Source: Woeseiaceae bacterium (lineage in GTDB: Bacteria; Pseudomonadota; Gammaproteobacteria; Steroidobacterales; Woeseiaceae). From it: DNA of 64,000 bases. The translations under genes were made by a program, and so were the position numbers. The stretch is taken from NCBI GenBank assembly GCA_021773095.1, contig JAJFKR010000028.1, positions 28,905 through 92,904 of the forward strand. The letters run 5' to 3'. The notes below the pieces were generated by a model that saw only the letters and a list, made by a program, of their open reading frames with translations, was not told the origin of the DNA and made no database searches. This document shows positions 55,643 through 64,000 of this stretch, in pieces (position 1 is the first letter of the stretch; each line of letters opens with the position of its first letter).

Positions 55643-56668
55643 TTGTCACGTTCCATTGAAACTTTAGATCCGGACGTTCTCGGGCCCTACCTCGAAGCCA
55701 ATGTTGCCGACTTTAGCGGTCTGAAAAATGTTCAAAAATTCGTAGACGGGCAGTCAAATCCCACTTTCCGGATAACCGCGAATTCCGGTGAGTATGTGCT
55801 GCGTCGCCAGCCCCCCGGCAAATTATTAAAGTCGGCACACGCCGTTGATCGCGAGTACCGGGTACTCGCAGCACTGGCGGGTACAAATGTTCCCGTTGCC
55901 CGCGTTCATCATTTGTGCGAAGACCGCGAGGTTATCGGCTCGATGTTTTATATCATGGAATATTGTGACGGGCGGATATTCTGGGACGCCGCGATTCCAG
56001 AAGTTGGCAGGGCCGAACGCACTGCCATTTACGATGAAATGATCGGCGTGCTGGCGGCACTACATCAGGTAGATGTCGAAAAGGCCGGGCTAAGCGATTT
56101 TGGCAAGCCCGGCAACTACTTTGAACGGCAATACGACCGTTGGAGCAGCCAATATCGTGCCTCGGAGCTGCGGCCTGTCGAAGCGATGGAGACGTTGATC
56201 GCCTGGCTCGGCCGGCACCTGCCGGAGGACGATGGACGAATCTCGCTGGTTCATGGTGATTATCGTCTCGACAACATGATATTTAATTCATCCAGCCCGA
56301 AAGTCATCGCGCTACTGGACTGGGAGTTATCGACCCTGGGTCATCCATTCGCCGATGTTGGCTATCAATGCATGCAGTTGCGGATGCCGGCGCGGACAGG
56401 GCACATTTCCGGTTTGCGCGGCAGAGACTTGGGTGAGTTAGGGATTCCGACAGAGAACGAATACGTTGCCAGGTATTGTGAGCGCACGGGTATTGATGAA
56501 ATCGACAATTTCGGATTCTACGTTGCATTCAGCTTTTTTCGGCTGGCCGCGATCGTACAGGGTGTCGCCAAGCGCGCTGCGGACGGCAACGCATCCAACA
56601 AAAATGCGGCACAATTCGGCGAGTTTGTTCAGCCCATGGCGGAACTGGCCCTTGAGGCGATAGTCTGA
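55643..56668 (+). CDS. Phosphotransferase (APH/choline-kinase-like kinase fold; ACAD10/11 N-terminal-like)
   Basis: FVDGQSNPTFRI, YVLRRQPPGKLLKSAHAVDREYRVL, catalytic LVHGDYRLDNMIF, and LLDWELSTLGHP. The start is uncertain: TTG 55643 is preferred, and the longest ORF begins at TTG 55592 inside the ACAD gene. Confidence 0.8.
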   Translation: MSRSIETLDPDVLGPYLEANVADFSGLKNVQKFVDGQSNPTFRITANSGEYVLRRQPPGKLLKSAHAVDREYRVLAALAGTNVPVARVHHLCEDREVIGSMFYIMEYCDGRIFWDAAIPEVGRAERTAIYDEMIGVLAALHQVDVEKAGLSDFGKPGNYFERQYDRWSSQYRASELRPVEAMETLIAWLGRHLPEDDGRISLVHGDYRLDNMIFNSSSPKVIALLDWELSTLGHPFADVGYQCMQLRMPARTGHISGLRGRDLGELGIPTENEYVARYCERTGIDEIDNFGFYVAFSFFRLAAIVQGVAKRAADGNASNKNAAQFGEFVQPMAELALEAIV

Positions 56669-56675
56669 CGCCAGA

Positions 56676-58610
56676 CTAGCGCCCGAAACCCACGCGCATA
56701 CCGACATAGCCCGCACGGCCCAGTGTGCGGTAGCCGAAGACCTGCTCATATTGTTCGTCGAGCAAGTTTGTGCCTTTGACAAATACCGTTACGGATTCCG
56801 TTGCACGATATTGTACGGCCAGGTCGACAAGCCAGTAGTTTTCAAGTTTGACTATCTCTGATGGGTCGGGCCAGGGAGGGAAGAAAATATCGGTTCTCTC
56901 GCCACCATAATCGGCTGTTAACGTTGTGCTGAAACGTTGTTCCGGTGTCCGGAAATCAGCGCCAAAACCACCGGTATGGCGCGGACGGCGCAACTCGCGC
57001 GAATCCTTACCATCGAAATCCGGTTCTGTCGAGTCGGTGTAAGTGTAGTTTGCGCTAAGGCCAAACGTATCCGTCACAGACCAGCGCAGGGAAATTTCGG
57101 CTCCGCTGCGCTTGCTCTTGCCGTTCAGGTTTTCAGACGTGGTACGAAAGGTTACCGGATCGAAAACGAATCCGTTGATTTCATCTTTCAAGTCCTGACG
57201 GAAAAAAGCCACGTCGAGCTGTGCGGCACCGCGGGCAACTTCCTGCCTTGCGCCGATCTCCCAGGAGACGGAACGTTCTGGCCTGAGGTTCGGGTTACCG
57301 TCGTGTCCCGCCGTGAAAAAACCGTAGCGCTCAATGAATGTCGGGTTTTTTCGTCCCGTGCCGACGCTGCCGCGAATCGTTGTAGTATCGGTCGCCAGGT
57401 ACGACAGTGCCAGGCGGCCATTGACGACATTATCGAAGTCGCTGTTTTCGTCATAGCGCGCGCTGAGAATCCAGGTCAGTTTTTGTGAAAGGCCCTGGTA
57501 TTCGGCAACGAGGCTTGTTGCATCCATTTCCTGGTCCTGATTGGGGTCGCCAAAGACGACGGCGCCACGCTGTTCGAAACGAGTCCTGTCGTGTTCCAGA
57601 CCCAGCGATGCCTTGTTGTCACCGAGGCGAAATTCAGTTTGCCAGGCGAGTGTCATGCGATCCGATGCGGTCGATGAATCCTCGATTCCGTCGACCAGAT
57701 TATGATTATCGGAATCGAAATAACGGACCTTCAGATGATGGGAAATGCTGCCATTTTCGGGCGTGACGTCCGCGCCGATATTTGCGTAGAAATTTGTTGT
57801 GTCAGTTGCGACGTCTCCATCGACCGGCAAGCCCGTAACAAAAAAATCGACTGGGTCGAATTGTGAATAGGCATCCACCGCACGCAGTCCAGCGCGAAGT
57901 GTCAAAACATCACTTACCATCACTCGCGCCGACAAGGCCGCCGTTGTCAGTTCGGCGCCGTCTTTTTCGTTGCCGGTACGTGAAATATTCTGTCCATCGG
58001 TCTCGTGATCTTCGATGCTGCCGGTCAGTGACCAGTTGTTATCGCCGAATGCGGCATTGAGTGCGGCATTGGTGGTATTCAATGAGCCACCTTCGATGAA
58101 GCCATCGACTCCCTTGCTGGTGCTTCCATCGCGAGTGATGATGTGAACGACCGCGGCAACGGCATCGCTGCCCCACAAAGAACCTTGTGGGCCACGTACG
58201 ACTTCGATGCGCTCTATATTGCCGGTGCTCAGGTACTCCCAGCGGAATTCGTCGCCCGTCGCAGGATCATTCGCACGAACCCCATCGATCATGACGAGAA
58301 TGTGATTGGCCTCGGCACCGCGAACACGTATCTGAGTTTGCGAGCCGCTGACGCCGGTGTGACTAACGGCAAATCCAGGCACAGAGCGCAGCAGCTCTGA
58401 GACGTTGCGAGCCTCGCGGCGTTCAATGTCGTCACGCGTGATAACCGAGACGGTGCTGCCAAGCCGGTTAATGTTTAGCGGAGTACGCGACCCTGAAACG
58501 ATTATCTGGTCGATTTTTTCCGAGGTGTCCGGTTCAGCGCTGGCGAGGTGGCTTAACAACAAGGTACAAAACACGCTGGTAGCGGCGGTTGCGCAAGATT
58601 GGATTTTCAT
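56676..58610 (-). CDS. btuB: TonB-dependent vitamin B12/cobalamin receptor
   Basis: ATG 58610 with a GGAGAG RBS, a signal peptide and TonB box DQIIVSGSR. Motifs VSVITRDDIERREARNVSELLRSVPG, IRVRGAEANHILVMIDGVR and terminal MRVGFGR. A cobalamin riboswitch lies immediately upstream. The 703-aa ORF-track version reads through the riboswitch. Confidence 0.88.
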   Translation of the reverse strand: MKIQSCATAATSVFCTLLLSHLASAEPDTSEKIDQIIVSGSRTPLNINRLGSTVSVITRDDIERREARNVSELLRSVPGFAVSHTGVSGSQTQIRVRGAEANHILVMIDGVRANDPATGDEFRWEYLSTGNIERIEVVRGPQGSLWGSDAVAAVVHIITRDGSTSKGVDGFIEGGSLNTTNAALNAAFGDNNWSLTGSIEDHETDGQNISRTGNEKDGAELTTAALSARVMVSDVLTLRAGLRAVDAYSQFDPVDFFVTGLPVDGDVATDTTNFYANIGADVTPENGSISHHLKVRYFDSDNHNLVDGIEDSSTASDRMTLAWQTEFRLGDNKASLGLEHDRTRFEQRGAVVFGDPNQDQEMDATSLVAEYQGLSQKLTWILSARYDENSDFDNVVNGRLALSYLATDTTTIRGSVGTGRKNPTFIERYGFFTAGHDGNPNLRPERSVSWEIGARQEVARGAAQLDVAFFRQDLKDEINGFVFDPVTFRTTSENLNGKSKRSGAEISLRWSVTDTFGLSANYTYTDSTEPDFDGKDSRELRRPRHTGGFGADFRTPEQRFSTTLTADYGGERTDIFFPPWPDPSEIVKLENYWLVDLAVQYRATESVTVFVKGTNLLDEQYEQVFGYRTLGRAGYVGMRVGFGR

Positions 58611-58722
58611 GATTCTCTCCTGCCGGTATCCCCGTACCGACCAATACGTCGAACGTTGGTCGGGGATAAAAGAGAATCGAGTTCCCGTGAATCGCCCGCC
58701 GCGATCGAACTGTGGATTGTCG

Positions 58723-58893
58723 ACAGGCCGGTCTCCGGACTCATGAGTAACCGATTGAAAATCGGTTGTTGTTAGTCGCCTTCCCACGCTATCGCGCAGT
58801 GGCTAAGTGACCAATAACTCATTTACCGTTGCGGGGGCAGTGACGGGATTGCCTTCAAATAGTCGGCGCACCGTCTTCCCGTTTAATGCCTGT
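58723..58893 (-). promoter_or_regulatory. Cobalamin (B12) riboswitch aptamer in the btuB leader
   Basis: The minus strand reads ACAGGC-ATTAAACGGGAAGACGGTGCGCC...AATCCCGTCACTGCCCCCGCAACGGTAA...TTAGCCACTGCGCGATAGCGTGGGAAGGCG...GAGTCCGGAGACCGGCCTGT. It has the GGGAA/GGTG core, GCCACTG and the B12 box AGTCCGGAGACCGGCC. The P1 helix pairs ACAGGC with GCCTGT. Confidence 0.88.
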
Positions 58894-59012
58894 TGCCAGA
58901 CATTCACCAGTCGATGTTGGAGCGAACTCTAACCCAGGTTGGTGTGTCTGGCAAATGCGGTCGTCGTGCTTGAGCAAATTGGTTATGCTGGCCTGAATAA
59001 GGGAGGGATATC

Positions 59013-60107
59013 ATGCGATTTCAATGGCTGATGTTATGTGTTCTGGCCGACGTTTGGGGTTCGACTTTTGCTCAGGATGAGTCGGAGATCCTTGCATTCA
59101 ACGATGCATGGGTGTCCTACAACGAAGCGGTTGAGGCCTCGGATGCCGACTTGCAAATTAGGTCCTCCAGGAATTTGCTTGATGCTGCCTGGTTGGTGCT
59201 CGAAGAATCGGACGAGCGACTGCCGCTGGTTATCATGATTCATGGCAAGGCTTTGACCGACGGTGGACGTAATCGTGAAGCGCAAACCGTATTGGAACGC
59301 GCACTGGAAGTGGCAGTAGATATTCACGGAAAGAAGTCGCCGAAACTGGTACCAATTCTCTCGCGTCTGGCGGAGGCCCATAACGAATATCAGGACCCGG
59401 ACATGCGTAAATATTATGGGCAGGCAAAGGGAATTCTCAAACGCGATAGCGGGGAGGATAGTGAGGCCTACGCGAGCTTCTTGCTGGCGGCCGGGGCGGA
59501 TTTGCTCTCATCCGGTGATGTTTCTGCGAGCAAGAGGTACATGCGGATTGCGCATGAAATTTTTCAAAGTATGGGCAGCGCCAGAGATTTTCAGACAGGC
59601 ATGGCCGCTTTCTATCTGGGGAAAATTGAGTTCAGTCGCCAAAACTTCAAAGTATCGACATCGTATCTTCTGGACGGGTTGGCCGCATTTCAAAGTGATG
59701 ATGAGACCAGTATTCAATATCAACTATATACTCGCGCGTTGCTTGTGCAGGCATACGAGCATCGGGGAAAATCAGACCTGGCAACCGAACATTGTGTTGC
59801 TATCGGGCAAGTAAGCAAACTACGGACTGATAAGGACTATCAACCGTTGTTTCGAATGGCACCGACTTATCCTCGGCAGATGTTGTCAAGAGGTGCTGAG
59901 GGATTTGTTGATGTTGCCTTCACCATTGACGAATCCGGTTTCATACAAAATCCGGAGGTATTTGAGAGGGGCGGGTCCGGTGGTCGCGAGTTTGAGAAGG
60001 CCGCAATTGAAGCGGTGAAGCGGTTTCGATATGCACCCAGGTTTGAGAATGGCGAGGCGGTGACTGTTGATAATGTCAAGACTCGTATCTCTTTTGAAAT
60101 AGACTGA
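59013..60107 (+). CDS. TonB C-terminal-domain protein with a long helical (TPR-like) N-terminal region
   Basis: GGGAGGG RBS. The C-terminal FRMAPTYPRQMLSRGAEGFVDVAFTIDESGFIQNPEVF...AAIEAVKRFRYAPRFENGEAV is a TonB_C fold. I see no Pro-rich spacer. Confidence 0.75.
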   Translation: MRFQWLMLCVLADVWGSTFAQDESEILAFNDAWVSYNEAVEASDADLQIRSSRNLLDAAWLVLEESDERLPLVIMIHGKALTDGGRNREAQTVLERALEVAVDIHGKKSPKLVPILSRLAEAHNEYQDPDMRKYYGQAKGILKRDSGEDSEAYASFLLAAGADLLSSGDVSASKRYMRIAHEIFQSMGSARDFQTGMAAFYLGKIEFSRQNFKVSTSYLLDGLAAFQSDDETSIQYQLYTRALLVQAYEHRGKSDLATEHCVAIGQVSKLRTDKDYQPLFRMAPTYPRQMLSRGAEGFVDVAFTIDESGFIQNPEVFERGGSGGREFEKAAIEAVKRFRYAPRFENGEAVTVDNVKTRISFEID

Positions 60108-60149
60108 TCAACCGGGATCAGGCCGAACTTTATTAATATCTGGAATCTA

Positions 60150-60178
60150 AGAAAGGGCGCAGTGGCGCCCTTCTTTTT
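60150..60178 (+). terminator. Rho-independent terminator
   Basis: AGAAAGGGCGC-AGTG-GCGCCCTTCTT followed by TTT. Confidence 0.8.
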
Positions 60179-60204
60179 AAAAACAGACAAAGCAAGGATT
60201 CTTC

Positions 60205-62943
60205 GTGTTCCTAAGCAAACATAAATTCTCTCTTTTCGTCAGCCTGACTGTGCTGTTCGCGCTGTCCACACAGGCGCACGCACAGGAAGAGCTGGCGACG
60301 CAAATTAATCTCTCCTACGAGCAATTCCAGCTCGATAACGGCCTGACCGTACTGGTGCACTCGGACCTCTCCACGCCAACCGTATTTGTCGGTATGTGGT
60401 ACGGCGTTGGCTCTAAAGACGAACCTGAAGGCAAGACCGGTTTTGCACACTTGTTTGAACATCTGATGTTCCAGGGAAGCGAGAATCGAGAAGGAGAGTA
60501 CTTCACGCCGTTCACGGACGCGGGCGCTACCGGCATGAACGGTACAACCAACGAGGATCGAACCAACTACTATGCAACCGTTCCGTCCGGCGCTTTGGAT
60601 ATGGCCTTGTGGATGGAAAGCGATCGAATGTCGCACTTACTCGGAGCCATTACCCAGGAAGCGCTTGATGAGCAGCGTAGTGTCGTGCAAAACGAAAAGC
60701 GTCAGGGCGAGACACGGCCGTACGCAAAAATGGGCGACAAAATTCGTGCCGGTATCTACCCGGTTGATCATCCTTACCGTCACTCGATCATTGGATCGAT
60801 GGACGACCTGAATGCTGCCTCACTGGATGACGTGCATGAGTGGTTCAATACGTATTATGGGGCATCCAATGTGACTTTGGTGTTGGCCGGCGACGTTTCC
60901 CTCGAAGATGCGCAGTCGAAAGTTGAACACTTTTTCGGTGGAGCACCGACCGGCGTACCGCTTTCGCATCCGAAAAAATGGATTCCGAATCTCACCGAAA
61001 ACCGCGAAGAAAAAATGTACGATCGCGTTGGTCAGACGCGTATTTCCCGGGTGTGGGCATTACCGGGGTTGAACGATAAAGACACGTCGTTGATGTATCT
61101 TGTCAACGACTCGCTGGTTGCTAACAAGAACTCACCACTTCGCAGAATACTGGTTGATGAGTTGCAACTTGCAACCAGCATTCGGGGCAGTGCGCACGGG
61201 CGGCTGATGAGCGGCGAGTACAATCTGACTATCGACTTGCGACCGGAGGTCACCCCCGAACAGGTGATGCCCATCGTTGACGAAGTGATCGCCGAGTATC
61301 TTCTGAACGGTCCCGACGAGCAAATCGTTGACAACGCGAAACTCGGCGTGAAAATGTACATTCTCGGTGCGCTGGAAACCGGCTCGCAGATCGGGCGCAT
61401 GTTAGTTGAGGGTGCGTTGTTCTCGGATGATCCCTTATTCATCAATACGGAACTCGAATGGTTGAATAGTGCGACCGGAGAGGAGCTTCGCCAGATCGCG
61501 AATCGCTGGCTGACGCGCGGCTATTATCAACTGACCGTCGAGCCGTTTCCGGAATTTGAGAGTGCCGATGCCGCCGTAGATCGATCTTCGGTACCTGCGG
61601 TTACCGCAAAGTCGGACATTCATTTCCCGGAGATCGAAACGGCGACGCTCAAGAACGGTATCAAGCTGGTCGTAGCAAACCGCGGCAGCATCCCGTTAAT
61701 TGATGTGTCGTTCCGGATTGCAACAGGTGCGACGGCGGCGCCTGCCGACGCGCCCGGACTGCCGGTGTTTGTGTTCGGGCTTATGGACAAAGGCACAAAA
61801 AAGTACGATGCAAACGAACTCGCAGCGGCAAAAGACAAGATAGCGATGGGTGGTGGTTTTGGGGCTGGTGAGGAAGACAGCTCGCTCGGATACCGTATCC
61901 TGACGGGTAATTTGGAGCCTTCCCTGCGCCTTGCAGCAGAGATGTTGCGGTATCCGACGTTTCCGCAGGATGAGTTGGATAAGGTAAAGGCGCAGGTGCG
62001 TGCTTATCTTTCCAACCTGCAACATGCACCATCGCGGGCTGCCAGCAGTCTTTTTGAGCGGGCGATTTACGGTTCGGACAGTGTGAAAGGTGCGGTTTGG
62101 ACGCCTGAGCTTGTCGAGCAGGTTGATCGCGGCAAACTCGAAGTCTGGCATGCGGCGGAAATTGCACCGGATAATATGACGATCTACATGATCGGCGACA
62201 TCAATCTTGATACAGCCGTCCGGGCCGTCAACAAGGCTTTCGGCAAGTGGTCGGCCAGGAACAACTCGGCTCGTCGTGACATTGGCGATGCCAGTGACTC
62301 AGGCGGTCGCGTCATTCTAATCGACCACCCTGGAGCGGCCTCCAGTACGATTGTTGCCGGTCGAGCCATCCAGCCATTCGATGCGAACACCTGGAGTACC
62401 TTATCCATGATGAACCGGACGCTCGGGGGCGCATTTGAGGCGCGATTGAATATGAATCTTCGTGAGGATAAGGGCTGGTCCTACGGTTATTACTCCGGCA
62501 TTAGTCGCAACACGAGTGGGGATATGACCTTCCGTACCAGCGGACAGGTGCAAACGGATAAGACGGCCGCAAGCATGCTTGAGATCAGGCGCGAGCTTGA
62601 AGAGTTCGTATCGACACGTCCTGCAACAGCGGAAGAGATCGCACGTATCAAATTAAACAGGGTCCGCTCTTTGCCCGGATCGTTCGCAACCAATGGCGGT
62701 TTCCTCGGTAGCATGATCAATTCCGGCAGTTACGACTTACCCTTCGATTATGCGGAGACGGCGGCCGAGCGAATTGACGCGGTTACTCTCGAGGATGTGC
62801 AAGCGGTATCCAAAGAGGTCGTCGACTCAAGTCAGTTGACCTGGCTGGTCGTAGGCGATCTGGAAAAAATGGAAGAGCAAGTACGGGAACTGGCTTTTGG
62901 AGACGTTGAGGTCTGGGACGCATTTGGAAATGTTTTACGATAA
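60205..62943 (+). CDS. M16-family zinc metallopeptidase (insulinase/pitrilysin-like, double-length)
   Basis: GTG start, signal peptide ...STQAHAQE, zinc motif GFAHLFEHLMFQGS (HxxEH) with a downstream NGTTNEDRTNY Glu. A second inactive-type M16 half gives 912 aa. Confidence 0.88.
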   Translation: MFLSKHKFSLFVSLTVLFALSTQAHAQEELATQINLSYEQFQLDNGLTVLVHSDLSTPTVFVGMWYGVGSKDEPEGKTGFAHLFEHLMFQGSENREGEYFTPFTDAGATGMNGTTNEDRTNYYATVPSGALDMALWMESDRMSHLLGAITQEALDEQRSVVQNEKRQGETRPYAKMGDKIRAGIYPVDHPYRHSIIGSMDDLNAASLDDVHEWFNTYYGASNVTLVLAGDVSLEDAQSKVEHFFGGAPTGVPLSHPKKWIPNLTENREEKMYDRVGQTRISRVWALPGLNDKDTSLMYLVNDSLVANKNSPLRRILVDELQLATSIRGSAHGRLMSGEYNLTIDLRPEVTPEQVMPIVDEVIAEYLLNGPDEQIVDNAKLGVKMYILGALETGSQIGRMLVEGALFSDDPLFINTELEWLNSATGEELRQIANRWLTRGYYQLTVEPFPEFESADAAVDRSSVPAVTAKSDIHFPEIETATLKNGIKLVVANRGSIPLIDVSFRIATGATAAPADAPGLPVFVFGLMDKGTKKYDANELAAAKDKIAMGGGFGAGEEDSSLGYRILTGNLEPSLRLAAEMLRYPTFPQDELDKVKAQVRAYLSNLQHAPSRAASSLFERAIYGSDSVKGAVWTPELVEQVDRGKLEVWHAAEIAPDNMTIYMIGDINLDTAVRAVNKAFGKWSARNNSARRDIGDASDSGGRVILIDHPGAASSTIVAGRAIQPFDANTWSTLSMMNRTLGGAFEARLNMNLREDKGWSYGYYSGISRNTSGDMTFRTSGQVQTDKTAASMLEIRRELEEFVSTRPATAEEIARIKLNRVRSLPGSFATNGGFLGSMINSGSYDLPFDYAETAAERIDAVTLEDVQAVSKEVVDSSQLTWLVVGDLEKMEEQVRELAFGDVEVWDAFGNVLR

Positions 62944-62960
62944 GCGACCGGGCTGAAAAC

Positions 62961-64000
62961 ATGTCGATGTTTCAACTGGGCTTTCGCCCGTTTTATTCTT
63001 TGGCTGCTATCTTCGCAATAGCAGCGATGATTCTTTGGCTGCGCGCATTTGTGGGTCTGTCGGGCACGGGCGACTACCTCTCCGGTGTTGTTTGGCACAG
63101 CCACGAAATGCTGTTTGGTTTCTCGGTTGCTGTAATCTCAGGATTTCTGTTAACCGCGGTTCGTAACTGGACCGGACTACCGACACCGACTGGCACAGCG
63201 CTGGCAATGCTGGCCGTGCTCTGGATGGCGGCCCGGGTGCTGATCATCCGGGGGCCAGCACTGCTCGCAGCGATTGTTGATGTTGCGTTCCTGCCCGTGC
63301 TCGCGCTGGCGATAGCCGGACCTGTTTTGCGCAGCAGGAATCGGCGTAACTACAAAATAATCGCAATCGTCCTGGCGCTTGCCGTGTCGCACGGTGTGTT
63401 TCATCTTGGCAATCTTGGTTACACAGAAGTGTGGTTGTCACGAAGCTCACTATTCGCAAGCATCGACATTGTCATCATACTGATGAGCGTTGTCGGTGGC
63501 AGAGTCATACCTGCATTCACGCGCAATGCCATTCCGGACGCTACATCACGCCACGAGCCGTGGGTGGAGCTCATTACGTTCGCGTCCATGATACTTATCA
63601 TCGCTGCCAATTTACTGAAGGTGTCATGGGTGGTGCCGCCGATGTTGATGGCATCGCTACTGATCATTGCCGCAGCCGGACATGCAACTCGACTGGCATT
63701 GTGGGAACCCGGAAAGACGACACGCAATCCCTTGCTCTGGATGATGCCGGTAGCTTATTCGTGGATACCATTGGCATTCCTGTTGCGCGCACTGGCGGCG
63801 ACAGACGTTATCGCTGCGGGGGCCTGGATTCATGCCGTGACCATGGGCGCGGTGAGTGCGCTCATGCTGGCAATGATGATGCGCAGCTCATTGGGCCACA
63901 CGGGGCGAGATCTCGTCGCAACCAAAGCCGACATGGCGGCATTTACGTTATTGCAGTGCGCAGCTATCGTTCGGGTAATCGCGAGTATTGCAGGCGGGGA
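62961..64000 (+). CDS. nnrS: NnrS-family heme/copper membrane protein; 3' end lies outside the window
   Basis: Not in the ORF track because there is no stop in the window. The frame from ATG 62961 reads MSMFQLGFRPFYSLAAIFAIAAMILW...VVWHSHEMLFGFSVAVISGFLLTAVRNWTGLPTP...GGRVIPAFTRNAIP...NPLLWMMPVAYSWIP...MMMRSSLGHTGR. All are typical NnrS motifs. Confidence 0.8.
   Translation, partial: MSMFQLGFRPFYSLAAIFAIAAMILWLRAFVGLSGTGDYLSGVVWHSHEMLFGFSVAVISGFLLTAVRNWTGLPTPTGTALAMLAVLWMAARVLIIRGPALLAAIVDVAFLPVLALAIAGPVLRSRNRRNYKIIAIVLALAVSHGVFHLGNLGYTEVWLSRSSLFASIDIVIILMSVVGGRVIPAFTRNAIPDATSRHEPWVELITFASMILIIAANLLKVSWVVPPMLMASLLIIAAAGHATRLALWEPGKTTRNPLLWMMPVAYSWIPLAFLLRALAATDVIAAGAWIHAVTMGAVSALMLAMMMRSSLGHTGRDLVATKADMAAFTLLQCAAIVRVIASIAGG

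Noticed and set aside
56676-58787. Full-length 703-aa ORF for the TonB-dependent receptor
   Set aside because: The first 59 codons overlie the cobalamin riboswitch and its expression platform. A signal peptide and RBS appear at ATG 58610, so the N-terminal extension is an artefact of an open frame through structured RNA.
1-64000. CRISPR arrays, IS elements, prophage or defence systems (RM, TA, Abi, CBASS-like)
   Set aside because: Reading both strands, I found no spaced direct repeats, no transposase/integrase/recombinase-like ORFs, no nuclease/methylase/ATPase gene pairs and no small adjacent toxin-antitoxin-like ORF pairs. The window appears to be core or accessory metabolic chromosome.

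Overview
This 64-kb window looks like a chromosomal segment of a Gram-negative bacterium, probably a marine gammaproteobacterium. That placement is an inference from gene content only: four TonB-dependent receptors, a TTT transporter, NhaD and NnrS.

I can support about 55 protein-coding genes, one tRNA-Gly(CCC), one cobalamin riboswitch and a few intrinsic terminators. I saw no rRNA, CRISPR array, transposase, integrase or phage genes.

Gene blocks, in order:
1. 1-9854: a cytochrome-c::PQQ dehydrogenase, followed by one tightly coupled operon. It encodes the TctCBA transporter, a GntR regulator, a 2-hydroxyacid dehydrogenase and DgoD/DgoK/DgoA (De Ley-Doudoroff galactonate catabolism).
2. 9915-21500: a PUL-like glycan cluster. 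It has a TonB-dependent receptor, an unknown secreted protein, a GlpT/UhpC-type MFS transporter, a large GH106-like hydrolase, a BNR/sialidase-like protein, an alpha/beta hydrolase and a RhaT-family symporter with an abnormal 5' end.
3. 21806-31307: housekeeping and transport genes (MscK-like channel, TerB-like protein, oxidoreductase, SSS and MFS transporters, a second TonB-dependent receptor).
4. 31343-38095: tRNA-Gly, then a sulfur/thiol-themed neighbourhood. It includes a class-V aminotransferase, a TlpA-like thioredoxin, DUF302, FadL, and a BigR-like ArsR repressor with a split Blh pair (MBL dioxygenase plus DUF442 sulfurtransferase).
5. 38129-40549: threonine dehydratase and NhaD.
6. 40655-46781: an ECF sigma / FecR / STN-TonB receptor cell-surface signalling unit, followed by TlpA, DUF4266 and DUF3570.
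7. 46786-49692: a mer-like operon that lacks MerA and MerP. It encodes a MerR regulator, a GDCCVxC Cys-rich protein, MerT-like protein, a thioredoxin-fold lipoprotein and a 4-TM Cys protein, driven by a textbook 19-bp-spacer MerR promoter.
8. 49821-64000: an AraC regulator, a DUF4153-like protein, a His-rich secreted protein, an acyl-CoA dehydrogenase plus kinase pair, riboswitch-controlled BtuB, a TonB_C protein, an M16 peptidase and a 3'-truncated NnrS gene.

The two best candidates for poorly described systems are the reductase-less mer-like thiol/metal operon and the CSS-linked TlpA/DUF4266/DUF3570 module next to it.

All functional calls rest on motifs I recognised in the translations. 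No database search was run.
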